NCBI GenBank assembly: GCA_964558475.1
Contig: CAZLEB010000004.1
Span: forward strand, 1-32,301
Length of the DNA stretch: 32,301 bases
Source of the DNA: an uncultured Actinomycetota bacterium
GTDB lineage: Bacteria; Actinomycetota; Humimicrobiia; Humimicrobiales; Humimicrobiaceae
Reading direction: 5' to 3'
The translations under genes were made by a program, and so were the position numbers. This document shows positions 1 to 9,124 of the stretch, one piece after another. Under the pieces are notes generated by a model. It was not told the DNA's origin, ran no database searches, and saw only the letters and a program-made list of their open reading frames with translations. How positions within the stretch are numbered: position 1 is the stretch's first letter; the number at the start of each line of letters is the position of its first letter.

Positions 1-2779
1 CCAGATACTGCTCAGCTTGCGGTATTTGATTTAAAACATTTCCTACAGAGGTAGCGTCAGGAAATATTTCAACTATAAATCCCAGATCTTCAAGTTTAAT
101 TATTGTATCTTCTTTGGTCATGCCTGTAACATCCGGTACTCTTATACCCTGGCTCACTTTAATGATTATTTCAAGCAGTTTATCATAAATTATTCCGCTT
201 ACAGGTGTCTGGGAAAAAACTTTATCTTTCTCTTCTTCACTTTCTTCCGGAATAACAGTGACATTTTCAAAACCGGCACCTTCCAGTGCTGTCAGTGCTT
301 CTTCTTCTGTCATTCCCAGGACGTACGGAATTGTAGCCTGAGGATTCTTACCTTTACTTACATATAAAATTACCCTGGTAGATTTAGAGACCATAGAATC
401 CGGAACCGGATTCTGATTAAATATTTTATCCAGTGGCTGCTCGTCACTGAATTCATATATTATATTATCAACTATCAGTTCGTGGTTCTCTATGACCTGC
501 TTTGCGGCAGTTAAGTCCATTCCTGTAAGATCGGGCATAGTAAAAGTCTTCATACCCTTGCTGACATATAAGGTGATGCTTAATTTTTCACCTTCAAGAG
601 ACTCCGATATGGTGCCTGCTTCCGGGTTTTGTTTAAAAATAATATCCTGGTTATATATTTCATCAAAATCATAAATCTCATCAATTACAAAATATAAATT
701 TTCAAACAAAGCTCTTGCTTCTTCTGTACTCAATCCTACAGCACTGGGAACTTCGACCTTATTATGTACATTACAGATATCTTCGGGTTCTTCACCTTCG
801 ATAAATATATGCCACTCGTTAGTTTCTTCCGGGCACCAGAATGTAGTAAGAAGATTGGATACGGTGCAAACTTTAATATCCACCAGTTCCTTATCTGGTT
901 TTTCAAAATCAGATACCGGAACATCCTCAAGGGCTGAAATCATAAATTCTCTCCATATATCCGCAGGGTAAGTCCCACCTACAATAGTTCTGCCATCTAT
1001 GGGTTCCATAGGCTGATTTGAGTCAGGGTACCCCATCCAGACGACAGTAACCAGTTCTGGTGTATAACCGGCAAACCATGCATCCTTGAAATCACTGGTA
1101 GTGCCTGTTTTACCTGCAGCCGGTCTTCCTATATTAGCACCCCTGCCTGTACCGCTTTCTATAACTTTTTTTAGAATCTGTGTAATATAATATGCTATCG
1201 GCTTTTCCAGTACTTTGTGGTTTGCTTCGTTTTTATCCGGATCATATTCATATAATATATTTCCTTCAAAATCAGTTATCTTTAAAATGCATACAGGCTG
1301 GTGATAAACTCCACCTGAAGCAAGAGTGGAAAAAGCCTTGTTCATGTCAAGAGGAGTTATACCTGTCTCAAGTCCCCCAAGGGCAATTGCAGGATTATTT
1401 CCAATATCGTAAATTTCCATATCATTGCATAGTCTTTCTACGTTTTCAGCTCCAACTTTCATCATTAATTGTGCATAGACAACATTAACAGAATGTATGG
1501 TCGCATCTACAACAGACATCTCATCAGTGTCAAATTTCTGCCCACCATAATTATCAACTTTCCAATCCGGTCCCTCTTCCATATCTATGGTAATAGGACC
1601 ATTAGGATTGAATACATTATTAGGAGATAAATTCTGCCTTATCGATTCCATAAGAACCATCACCTTAAATACAGAACCAGGTTGTCTTTTCCCCTGTGTT
1701 GCTATATTAAACTTACTGGTATTGTAGTCCTTACCGCCAACCATGGCACAAATATAGCCATTCTCAGGGTCAGTACTGATTAGAGAATAAGAAGGTCCGA
1801 TATCTTCCGGGAAGACTTTTGTAAAAGCATTATCGGCTTTTTCCTGCAAATCAATATCCAGAGTAGTATAAATCCGGAGCCCTCCCTTAAATACATCATA
1901 ATCAGTAAATTCTTGATCATATAGATTTTGTTTTATGTAATCTATAAAATAGGGAGCAATTCTACTGCTATATTGCCCTGTATCAGTTATTGAACTTTCG
2001 TTTAATATTACAGGTGCAGCAAGAGCGTCAAGATATTCATTTGTATCAATCAGTTCCTGTTCATACATCAGCTGCAATACCAGATCTCTTCTTAGTTTTG
2101 ATTTATCTATGTTATTGAATGGCGAATATACTTCGGGAGCTGTTAGCAGGCCTGCCAGTAGAGCAGATTGGGGTAAGTCTAATTCACTCGCATTTATGCC
2201 AAAATATATTTCGGCAGCTTTCTCTACTCCATATGCACCGGAACCGAAGTTTATAGTATTCAGGTAAATTTCCAGAATTTTATCTTTGGTATAATGTCTT
2301 TCAAGCTGTATTGCAATCAGGGCTTCATTGATTTTTCTGCGTAATGTTTTTTCGGGGCTTAAGTATATGTTTTTTACACACTGTTGAGTTATGGTGCTGG
2401 CACCCTGAGCCCACTCACCGTATCTTATATCTGCTATAAGTGCCCCTATAATTCTTCTATAATCCACTCCCTGATGCACATAAAATCTTTTATCTTCAAC
2501 TGCCACAATTGCATCCTTAATATAAGTGGACATCTCATTAAATGAAATAATCTCTCTATTTTCCTCAGCGTGGAATTCTGTAATTAAACTGCCATCCAGA
2601 GCGTAAACTTTGGAAGTCTGGGCAATCGGTGAGGGATTCAGCTCTTCGAGTGTAGGTAAAGTATTAATGTAATATAATACAAATACTATACCTATAAGTG
2701 TTACAAAAGATATAACCGTTACAGATGTAATTATAAAAAACTTTAAACATCCGCTTAGTTTTTTTCGCTTAGAATTCAT
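1..2779 (-). CDS. Class A penicillin-binding protein (GT51 transglycosylase plus transpeptidase) with at least 4 C-terminal PASTA repeats. It is 3'-partial because it runs off the left window edge.
   Basis: My own minus-strand translation from the ATG at 2779-2777 gives 926 uninterrupted codons to position 2. There is an N-terminal TM segment (FFIITSVTVISFVTLIGIVFVLYY). GT51 motifs are EDKRFYVHQGVD, GASTITQQ and RKINE. Transpeptidase motifs are SVFK (SxxK), SVN (SxN) and KTGTT (KTG). Four units of about 65-70 aa follow, ending ...LYVSKG, ...LYVSKG, ...IKVSQG, with the last unit cut by the edge. The gene is not in the supplied ORF track, presumably because no stop codon lies in the window. Confidence 0.9.
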   Translation of the reverse strand, partial: MNSKRKKLSGCLKFFIITSVTVISFVTLIGIVFVLYYINTLPTLEELNPSPIAQTSKVYALDGSLITEFHAEENREIISFNEMSTYIKDAIVAVEDKRFYVHQGVDYRRIIGALIADIRYGEWAQGASTITQQCVKNIYLSPEKTLRRKINEALIAIQLERHYTKDKILEIYLNTINFGSGAYGVEKAAEIYFGINASELDLPQSALLAGLLTAPEVYSPFNNIDKSKLRRDLVLQLMYEQELIDTNEYLDALAAPVILNESSITDTGQYSSRIAPYFIDYIKQNLYDQEFTDYDVFKGGLRIYTTLDIDLQEKADNAFTKVFPEDIGPSYSLISTDPENGYICAMVGGKDYNTSKFNIATQGKRQPGSVFKVMVLMESIRQNLSPNNVFNPNGPITIDMEEGPDWKVDNYGGQKFDTDEMSVVDATIHSVNVVYAQLMMKVGAENVERLCNDMEIYDIGNNPAIALGGLETGITPLDMNKAFSTLASGGVYHQPVCILKITDFEGNILYEYDPDKNEANHKVLEKPIAYYITQILKKVIESGTGRGANIGRPAAGKTGTTSDFKDAWFAGYTPELVTVVWMGYPDSNQPMEPIDGRTIVGGTYPADIWREFMISALEDVPVSDFEKPDKELVDIKVCTVSNLLTTFWCPEETNEWHIFIEGEEPEDICNVHNKVEVPSAVGLSTEEARALFENLYFVIDEIYDFDEIYNQDIIFKQNPEAGTISESLEGEKLSITLYVSKGMKTFTMPDLTGMDLTAAKQVIENHELIVDNIIYEFSDEQPLDKIFNQNPVPDSMVSKSTRVILYVSKGKNPQATIPYVLGMTEEEALTALEGAGFENVTVIPEESEEEKDKVFSQTPVSGIIYDKLLEIIIKVSQGIRVPDVTGMTKEDTIIKLEDLGFIVEIFPDATSVGNVLNQIPQAEQYL

Positions 2780-2979
2780 TTTTAAGGATTCTCTTTAAAA
2801 TATTACTAAATTATAACTTAAGAAATTTTATATAAAATTCAGTCAAATAACAATACGGTCATAATTTAATAGATACTACTTGAAAATTTTTAGATCTTCT
2901 TAAATAGACATAGGTATAAACATTATGTTAATATTTATTTTAATTTTTTAATTTTTAATAAGTTAATGGAAAGTAATAA

Positions 2980-4215
2980 ATGGAAAAAGATTTACAAAGA
3001 CAATTAGAAGTAATAATATCCGGGACTGATGATATTTTAACTAAAGAAGAACTAAAACCCTTAATCGAAAAAGCCATAGAGAAAGACAGACCTTTGAGGG
3101 TTAAATTAGGATTAGATCCGACCGCTCCTGATATCCACCTGGGGCATACCGTTGTTCTAAATAAACTCCGACAATTCCAGAATCTGGGCCATAAAGCTAT
3201 TCTAATAATCGGTGATTACACCGTAAGAATAGGCGATCCGTCAGGCAGGTCTGCCTTAAGGCCGAAATTAGATGCTGATACTATAGAAAAAAATACAAAG
3301 ACTTACGTGGAACAGGCTTTTAAAATCCTTACACCTGAAAAAACCGAAATTCTTAAAAATTCTAAATGGCTGCAGAATTTGAGATTTGAAGATATTATAA
3401 ATCTAACCTCGAAATTTACGGTTGCCAGAATGCTGGAAAGGGATGATTTTAAAAAAAGATATAAAAGTAATATACCAATAGCAATTATGGAATTCCTTTA
3501 TCCAATAATGCAAGCATATGATTCGGTTGCAATAGAAGCCGATGTGGAATTAGGCGGAACCGACCAGAGATTTAACCTTTTAATGGGTAGAGAATTGCAA
3601 AAAGAATTCTGTCAGAAACCTCAGATTGCAATTACAATGCCTATTTTGGTTGGTACTGACGGTATTGAGAAAATGAGCAAGAGCCTGGGAAATTATGTAG
3701 GAGTATTTGAACAGCCCGGAGAAATTTTTGGTAAAGTAATGTCTATCCCGGACAACATCATGATAGACTACTTTAAGCTTCTGACTACACTTAACAGTAG
3801 AGAAATCAAAAAGATTGAGGATAATATAAAAAATGACAAATTAAATCCCTCTATCGCCAAAAGAAGACTGGCTAAAATAATAGTAGAAAATCTTTACAAT
3901 AATAAGGATGCATTAAAAGCTGAAGAAAATTTTGATTTGATTTTTAAAAAGAAGAAAGTTCCGGAAAAAGTTGAAGTGTACATTATAAATCAGAAAGACA
4001 TAAAAGGTAAAAAAGCAGGTCTGGTTAAGTTACTGGTAGATTCCGGCCTTGTCAAATCCAATAGCGAAGCCAGAAGACTGATTGCTCAGGGAGGAATAAA
4101 AGTTGATGATAAGAAAATTAATGATCCGAATCTGGAATTTAATTTAAATAATATCAATGGAAAAGTAATCCAGAAAGGTAAAAGGTTTTTCAGGAAAATA
4201 ATCGTTAAAAATTAA
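2980..4215 (+). CDS. tyrS: Tyrosyl-tRNA synthetase
   Basis: Class I aaRS signatures are present: a HIGH-type motif (PDIHLGH) and KMSKS (EKMSKSLGN). The C-terminal S4-like domain reads SNSEARRLIAQGGIKVDDKKI. Length is 411 aa. Confidence 0.95.
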   Translation: MEKDLQRQLEVIISGTDDILTKEELKPLIEKAIEKDRPLRVKLGLDPTAPDIHLGHTVVLNKLRQFQNLGHKAILIIGDYTVRIGDPSGRSALRPKLDADTIEKNTKTYVEQAFKILTPEKTEILKNSKWLQNLRFEDIINLTSKFTVARMLERDDFKKRYKSNIPIAIMEFLYPIMQAYDSVAIEADVELGGTDQRFNLLMGRELQKEFCQKPQIAITMPILVGTDGIEKMSKSLGNYVGVFEQPGEIFGKVMSIPDNIMIDYFKLLTTLNSREIKKIEDNIKNDKLNPSIAKRRLAKIIVENLYNNKDALKAEENFDLIFKKKKVPEKVEVYIINQKDIKGKKAGLVKLLVDSGLVKSNSEARRLIAQGGIKVDDKKINDPNLEFNLNNINGKVIQKGKRFFRKIIVKN

Positions 4216-4328
4216 GTATGTAAGAATATTCCGTAATCTGTGTCATCATTCAAATACTAAATGACTTGATAGAAAAACAATATATAAAAAAATAAGTGTC
4301 AGTAAAAATAAAACCAGGTTAAATTGTG

Positions 4329-4357
4329 TTGACTTAAACTGGCGCTATAGTTAAAAT
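4329..4357 (+). promoter_or_regulatory. Sigma-70-like promoter candidate, TTGACT-N17-TAAAAT
   Basis: TTGACT lies at 4329-4334, followed by a 17-nt spacer and TAAAAT at 4352-4357. It sits inside a 0.5 kb ORF-free gap. The same hexamer pair and spacing recur at the MerR promoter (18297-18325, minus strand). Confidence 0.35.
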
Positions 4358-4694
4358 AAAAATAATTAATATCAGTATTGAAAATACTTGATTTATAATT
4401 TAGTTTGCACTGATTATAAGAGGTATTATTAGCATAAAAAGGTAGTTTTATACAATAAAAGAAAAATAACGAATTTTGATAATAGATGTTGTATTAATTT
4501 TTTTTAGATGCTAATGATAATTATAGCTAAATAATAAACAGGGAAGCAGGTTAACAGCCGATTTAATATATATGTATTTAATGTTTATGTGTTGGTTTTT
4601 AAAGTAAAATAATTGTATCTACGATATATAGATATTAGATTTAATAAGTATTAAACATATTTAATTTAAAAATAACTAGTGCAAATTAATTTAT

Positions 4695-4723
4695 AAGTCG
4701 GGTAATTGGCTCGACTTTTTTTA
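4695..4723 (+). terminator. Rho-independent-terminator-like hairpin plus T-tract immediately upstream of rny
   Basis: AAGTCG (4695-4700) pairs with CGACTT (4712-4717), and the stem is extendable by G-C and G-U pairs. It is followed by TTTTTTT. The hairpin lies 22 nt upstream of the rny ATG. Confidence 0.4.
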
Positions 4724-4744
4724 TTTGAAAGAAAGGTTTTTAAA

Positions 4745-6286
4745 ATGGATTTATTAATAAAAATAATTGCACTTGGAATTGCGATAATATTAGGTTTTTT
4801 CATAGGCTTTTTTTACAGAAAATACATAATAGATTCAAAACTGAGTTCTGCAGAGCAAAAAGCAAATCTAATGCTTAATAATGCTAAAAAAGAGGCACAG
4901 ACTGTTAAAAAAGAAATGATGCTGGAAGGAAAAGAGGAAATTCAAAATTTAAAAACAAGCGCAGAGGAAGAAATTAAAAAACAGAGACTTGAACTTAGGA
5001 AAATGGAAGACAGATTGTTAAGCAGGGAAGATTCCATCGAGAAAAAATCTCATTACCTGGAAAAGAAAGAACAGGCAGTTAATCAAAAAAAAGAAGAACT
5101 TGACAGTAAAAATAAAAAATTGGATGAAGTATTAAATAAAGAAATACTAAAGCTCGAGGCTATTGCCGAACTCACCAAAGAAGAAGCAAAAGCAATTCTA
5201 ATCAAAAAGATAGAAGAAGAAGCAAGATATGAATCTGCAAAAGAAATCAGAAATATTGAGGCCAGGCTAAAAGAAGAAGCCGATACTATGGCCAAAAAAA
5301 TAATTTCACAGGCCATACAGAGGTGTGCGCTTGATCATGTGAGTGAAACTACTGTATCGGTTGTAAATCTGCCCAACGATGAAATGAAGGGAAGGATAAT
5401 TGGAAGAGAGGGCAGAAACATAAGAGTATTTGAAAATCTTACCGGTATAAACATAATTGTGGATGATACTCCAGAGGCTGTAATATTATCTTCTTTTGAT
5501 CCTGTAAGAAGAGAAATTGCCAGGATAACACTTGAAAATTTAATAATGGACGGAAGAATTCATCCTGCAAGAATTGAAGAAATGTATGAAAAAGCAAGTA
5601 AAATTATTAATAATGAGATTAAAGTAGAAGGAGAACAGGCTGTTTTTGATGCAGGAATATCTGAATTAAACCCTGGAATTGTAAAAGTACTGGGAAGATT
5701 AAAATACAGGACCAGTTATGGTCAAAATGTACTGCTTCACTCAAAAGAAGTTTCCTATATTGCAGGTATAATTGCAGCCGAACTTGGCATGAATATTAAA
5801 AAGGCAAAAAGAGCAGGACTTCTTCATGACATCGGCAAGGCACTAACACATGATATAGAAGGATCACATGCAATAATCGGAGCTGAACTGGCAAAAAGAC
5901 TTAATGAAGATGAAGAAATATGCCATGCAATTGAATCACATCATAATGAAGTTGAAGTTAAATCAGTACTGGATGTGATTATACAGGCTTCTGACCAGAT
6001 ATCGGGTGGAAGGCCCGGTGCCAGAAGAGAGACACTGGAAAGTTATGTTAAAAGGCTGGAAAGCCTGGAAAAAATTGCTACTGAATTTAAAGGAATAGAA
6101 AAGGCATATGCCATACAGGCCGGAAGGGAAATAAGGGTTATGGTAAAACCTGAAGAAGTTAATGAAGAAATGTCTATTGTACTGGCTAAAGAAATAGCAA
6201 GAGAAATAGAAAAAGAAATGGAATATCCCGGGCAGATAAGAGTAACTGTAATAAGGGAAAGCAGAGCAGTTGAATATGCAAAATAG
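4745..6286 (+). CDS. rny: Ribonuclease Y
   Basis: The protein has an N-terminal TM helix ([21 protein letters not shown]), a long K/E-rich coiled coil, a KH domain ([20 protein letters not shown]) and an HD domain (LLHDIGKA...HH). I prefer the ATG at 4745, preceded by GAAAGAAAGG, over the track's TTG at 4706, which lies inside the hairpin. Confidence 0.93.
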   Translation: MDLLIKIIALGIAIILGFFIGFFYRKYIIDSKLSSAEQKANLMLNNAKKEAQTVKKEMMLEGKEEIQNLKTSAEEEIKKQRLELRKMEDRLLSREDSIEKKSHYLEKKEQAVNQKKEELDSKNKKLDEVLNKEILKLEAIAELTKEEAKAILIKKIEEEARYESAKEIRNIEARLKEEADTMAKKIISQAIQRCALDHVSETTVSVVNLPNDEMKGRIIGREGRNIRVFENLTGINIIVDDTPEAVILSSFDPVRREIARITLENLIMDGRIHPARIEEMYEKASKIINNEIKVEGEQAVFDAGISELNPGIVKVLGRLKYRTSYGQNVLLHSKEVSYIAGIIAAELGMNIKKAKRAGLLHDIGKALTHDIEGSHAIIGAELAKRLNEDEEICHAIESHHNEVEVKSVLDVIIQASDQISGGRPGARRETLESYVKRLESLEKIATEFKGIEKAYAIQAGREIRVMVKPEEVNEEMSIVLAKEIAREIEKEMEYPGQIRVTVIRESRAVEYAK

Positions 6287-7421
6287 TTCCGATTTAAAGA
6301 AATTCCTGTCTGATTTAAAAATAAAAGACTCGCTGAATATCGAAGAAGATTTAGGTAATGGATATGTCAGGTTAAAAATTTCAGAAGCTGAAAGAAGACA
6401 GGCCTTTCAGGATATAAATTGCGTTGAAGATATAATATTGGAGCTACTCCGTAACAGCCGGGATGCAGGAAGTGAAAATATATTTATCGGAACAAAAAAA
6501 GTTGAAGAAAAAAGAAGAAAAATTTATTTCATAGATGACGGCATCGGTATTCCCCCCAAAATGCAGAATCTTATTTTCCAGTCAAGAGTTACTTCAAAAC
6601 TTGAAGATGGAATAAAGGACCCCTATGGATTTCATGGCCGGGGAATGGCACTATTTTCAATAAAATTAAACGCAGATGATATAAGAATAATTTTTTCCGA
6701 AAGATCAAAAGGCGCTTCCTTTTACATAGATATAGATCTCTTAAAAATTCCAGAAAAAAAGGACCAATCCATGGTGCCGCAGATAATTAAAATGGATGGT
6801 GATATAAATATTATCGGCGGTGTAAATAATATAATAAAAACCATAATTGAGTTCCAGCTTCAGAACAGGGGTATTAATTTCTTTTATGGAAGTCCAACCC
6901 AGATACTTACTACTATGAGAGAATCTCTAAAAAAAGATGGCAAATACGACAGTTTTCCCAAATTTGACCGTTGGGATGAATTAAATAGCTTTATAAAAAA
7001 AAATAATATAAAAGTAACCGAAATTCCCATACTTACTGATAATTATAATCTTATGGATATTATTTCCAGAAACATATTCAACATGGATATATCCCAGAGA
7101 GGTATTCAAAGGATTATATATAATGAAATTAGGGCATTGGAACCTCTTAAAATTAATCTGGATAGTGACTTAAGGGAACAAATTAGCAGTCCGGATGAAA
7201 ATAAAGAAAGTAAAAAGCCTGAAAGAAAATTAATTCTTTACGATGAATCTAAATTGGCAAGCAGGTTTAAAGATGAAGAGATAAGATGTATAATTAAAAC
7301 CGTAGAAGATAAAATTAAAGAATTAGGCGATAAATATTTTATTACTACAGGTAAAAACACAGAATATAAGAAGGCAAATAATATTCTAAAACTATCAGTT
7401 GAATTGAAGCAAAAAGAATAA
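6276..7421 (+). CDS. Stand-alone GHKL (HATPase_c-like) ATPase-domain protein with an uncharacterised C-terminal half of about 200 aa
   Basis: It has an N-box-like motif ([10 protein letters not shown]), a G1-like motif (IDDGIGIP) and a G2-like motif ([11 protein letters not shown]). No DHp/His-phosphotransfer, TM or sensor region is recognisable. The ATG at 6276 overlaps the rny stop (6284-6286); the track's start at 6270 is a TTG. Confidence 0.7.
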   Translation: MQNSSDLKKFLSDLKIKDSLNIEEDLGNGYVRLKISEAERRQAFQDINCVEDIILELLRNSRDAGSENIFIGTKKVEEKRRKIYFIDDGIGIPPKMQNLIFQSRVTSKLEDGIKDPYGFHGRGMALFSIKLNADDIRIIFSERSKGASFYIDIDLLKIPEKKDQSMVPQIIKMDGDINIIGGVNNIIKTIIEFQLQNRGINFFYGSPTQILTTMRESLKKDGKYDSFPKFDRWDELNSFIKKNNIKVTEIPILTDNYNLMDIISRNIFNMDISQRGIQRIIYNEIRALEPLKINLDSDLREQISSPDENKESKKPERKLILYDESKLASRFKDEEIRCIIKTVEDKIKELGDKYFITTGKNTEYKKANNILKLSVELKQKE

Positions 7422-7446
7422 AAATTAAAATAGCAAGAATAATAAC

Positions 7447-7719
7447 ATGGACAATAATATTAAATTGCTTAAGGTTTCTTCAAAATCAAAACCTAATTCA
7501 GTAGCGGGTGCAATAGCGGGAATGATCAGGAGCAACATCAGGATTCAGATACAAACCATAGGTGCGGGAGCATTAAATCAGGCTATTAAAGGTATCGCCA
7601 TAGCCAGAGGATTTATAGCTCCTACCGGCCAGGAACTTGTATGTATACCTTATTTTAGAGATATCGAAGTTAACGGCGAAGTGAAGACCGCTATTGTTCT
7701 TAATATTGAATCCAAATGA
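7447..7719 (+). CDS. spoVS: SpoVS-family protein (stage V sporulation protein S homologue)
   Basis: The 90-aa protein starts LLKVSSKSKPNSVAGAIAG....IQTIGAGALNQAIKGIAIARGF, a close match to the SpoVS family signature. The rny-X-spoVS order resembles B. subtilis rny-ymdB-spoVS. Confidence 0.9.
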   Translation: MDNNIKLLKVSSKSKPNSVAGAIAGMIRSNIRIQIQTIGAGALNQAIKGIAIARGFIAPTGQELVCIPYFRDIEVNGEVKTAIVLNIESK

Positions 7720-7790
7720 TTTTCTAATTCCTAGTTAAACAGCCTTTTTAAGTTTGCCTATATCATTTTTAAGTAAGGTTATTCATAATT

Positions 7791-9098
7791 ATGAAAGTAT
7801 ATATTGAAACCTTTGGATGCCAGATGAATGAAAATGATTCTGAAAGAATCATATATCTACTTGAAAATGAGGGATATGAAAAGACCTATGATATTGCTGC
7901 ATCTGACCTCATTGTGATTAACACCTGCACTGTAAGGGAAAAAGCAAAAAACAGGCTGTACGGCCATATTGGAAATTTAAAAGTTTTAAAGAATAAAAAT
8001 AGGGATATCATAGTCTGTATCGGTGGTTGCACCGCTCAAGACCTGAAGGAAAAATTAATAGAAGATTTCCCTTTTGTTGATATTGTTTTTGGTACACATA
8101 ATATTGCAGAGCTCCCGGAGTTAATAAAAAGGCGAGTTTCAACCGTTAAAAGCATATGTTCTGTTGAAAATAATGGTTTTGACTCTGATCTTTATAAGGT
8201 AAAAAGAGAAAAGAATTTTAAAGCATTCGTACCCATAACCATTGGATGTGATAATTATTGTTCATATTGCATAGTTCCTTTCGTAAGGGGTAATGAAAAA
8301 TCTGTAGAACCGGGAAAAATTATAAAAAATATTAAAGAACTGGTGTCCCGGGGAGTAATTGAAGTAACCCTTCTCGGTCAGAATGTCAATTCTTACGGAA
8401 AGAATCTAAATGAACTCTGTACTTTCTCAGAACTGCTGGAAAAAGTATCGGATATAAAAGGACTTAAAAGAATCAGATTCATGACTTCTCATCCTAAAGA
8501 TTTTTCTAAAAGCCTCATCGACATTATCAAGGACAGAGATAATATTGTAAAACATATTCATCTTCCTCTGCAGGCAGGTTCAAATAAGATTTTAAAGGAA
8601 ATGAACAGAAATTATACAAGGGAAGATTATCTTAATATTATAAAAGATATAAAAAAGAAAATTCCCGATTGTGCTATTACCACCGATATTATAGTCGGTT
8701 TTCCGGGAGAAGCGAGGGGAGATTTTCTAAAGACTCTGGATATGGTAAAAGAAGTAAGATTTAACAGAGCATTTACATTTATATATTCTTCCAGGGCAGG
8801 AACTAAAGCATCAAAGATGAAGGATTATACACCGCCTGATGAAAAAAGAAAATGGTTTAGAGAACTCGTTGAAACTCAAAATAAAATTTCTTATGAAAAA
8901 AATAAAAAGTTTGTCGGCAAAAATTTTGAAGTATTAGTTGAAGGTAAAAGTAGAAAAGATGGTTTGCTGCTGGAGGGCAGGATGGAAAATAACACTATTG
9001 TAAATTGTAAGGGTGATGACAGTCTTACCGGAAAAGTTGTACGGGTTATGATAACCGGCGCTAAAACATTCTATTTAATGGGAGAATTAACACATTAA
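7791..9098 (+). CDS. miaB: tRNA-i6A37 methylthiotransferase MiaB
   Basis: The N-terminal UPF0004 motif is ETFGCQMNENDSE. The radical-SAM cluster is CDNYCSYC. A C-terminal TRAM-like domain is present. Length is 435 aa. Confidence 0.93.
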   Translation: MKVYIETFGCQMNENDSERIIYLLENEGYEKTYDIAASDLIVINTCTVREKAKNRLYGHIGNLKVLKNKNRDIIVCIGGCTAQDLKEKLIEDFPFVDIVFGTHNIAELPELIKRRVSTVKSICSVENNGFDSDLYKVKREKNFKAFVPITIGCDNYCSYCIVPFVRGNEKSVEPGKIIKNIKELVSRGVIEVTLLGQNVNSYGKNLNELCTFSELLEKVSDIKGLKRIRFMTSHPKDFSKSLIDIIKDRDNIVKHIHLPLQAGSNKILKEMNRNYTREDYLNIIKDIKKKIPDCAITTDIIVGFPGEARGDFLKTLDMVKEVRFNRAFTFIYSSRAGTKASKMKDYTPPDEKRKWFRELVETQNKISYEKNKKFVGKNFEVLVEGKSRKDGLLLEGRMENNTIVNCKGDDSLTGKVVRVMITGAKTFYLMGELTH

Positions 9099-9124
9099 AA
9101 TTATTTTTAATAATAATAGTAAAA

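Noticed and set aside
492-1488. Short track ORFs at 492-674 (+), 736-930 (-) and 1192-1488 (+)
   Set aside because: All lie inside the 926-codon PBP reading frame on the minus strand (a different frame or strand) and have no motifs of their own.
2780-2979. Possible T-box leader upstream of tyrS, which is common in Firmicutes
   Set aside because: Only 200 nt are available, shared with the divergent PBP promoter. I could not find the conserved T-box sequence (AA..GGGTGGTACCGCG-like) or a specifier or terminator-antiterminator arrangement.
4539-4560. ACAGGGAAGCAGGTTAACAGCC, reminiscent of the SRP RNA helix-8 GGAAGCAGCC motif
   Set aside because: There is no complementary strand to form the conserved helix. 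The surroundings are almost pure A/T, unlike the GC-rich compact 4.5S RNA.
4706-4744. TTG start at 4706 for rny, as given in the ORF track
   Set aside because: The extra 13 codons lie within the hairpin and T-tract. The ATG at 4745 is preceded by a purine-rich RBS and gives the standard RNase Y N-terminus, which begins with the TM helix.
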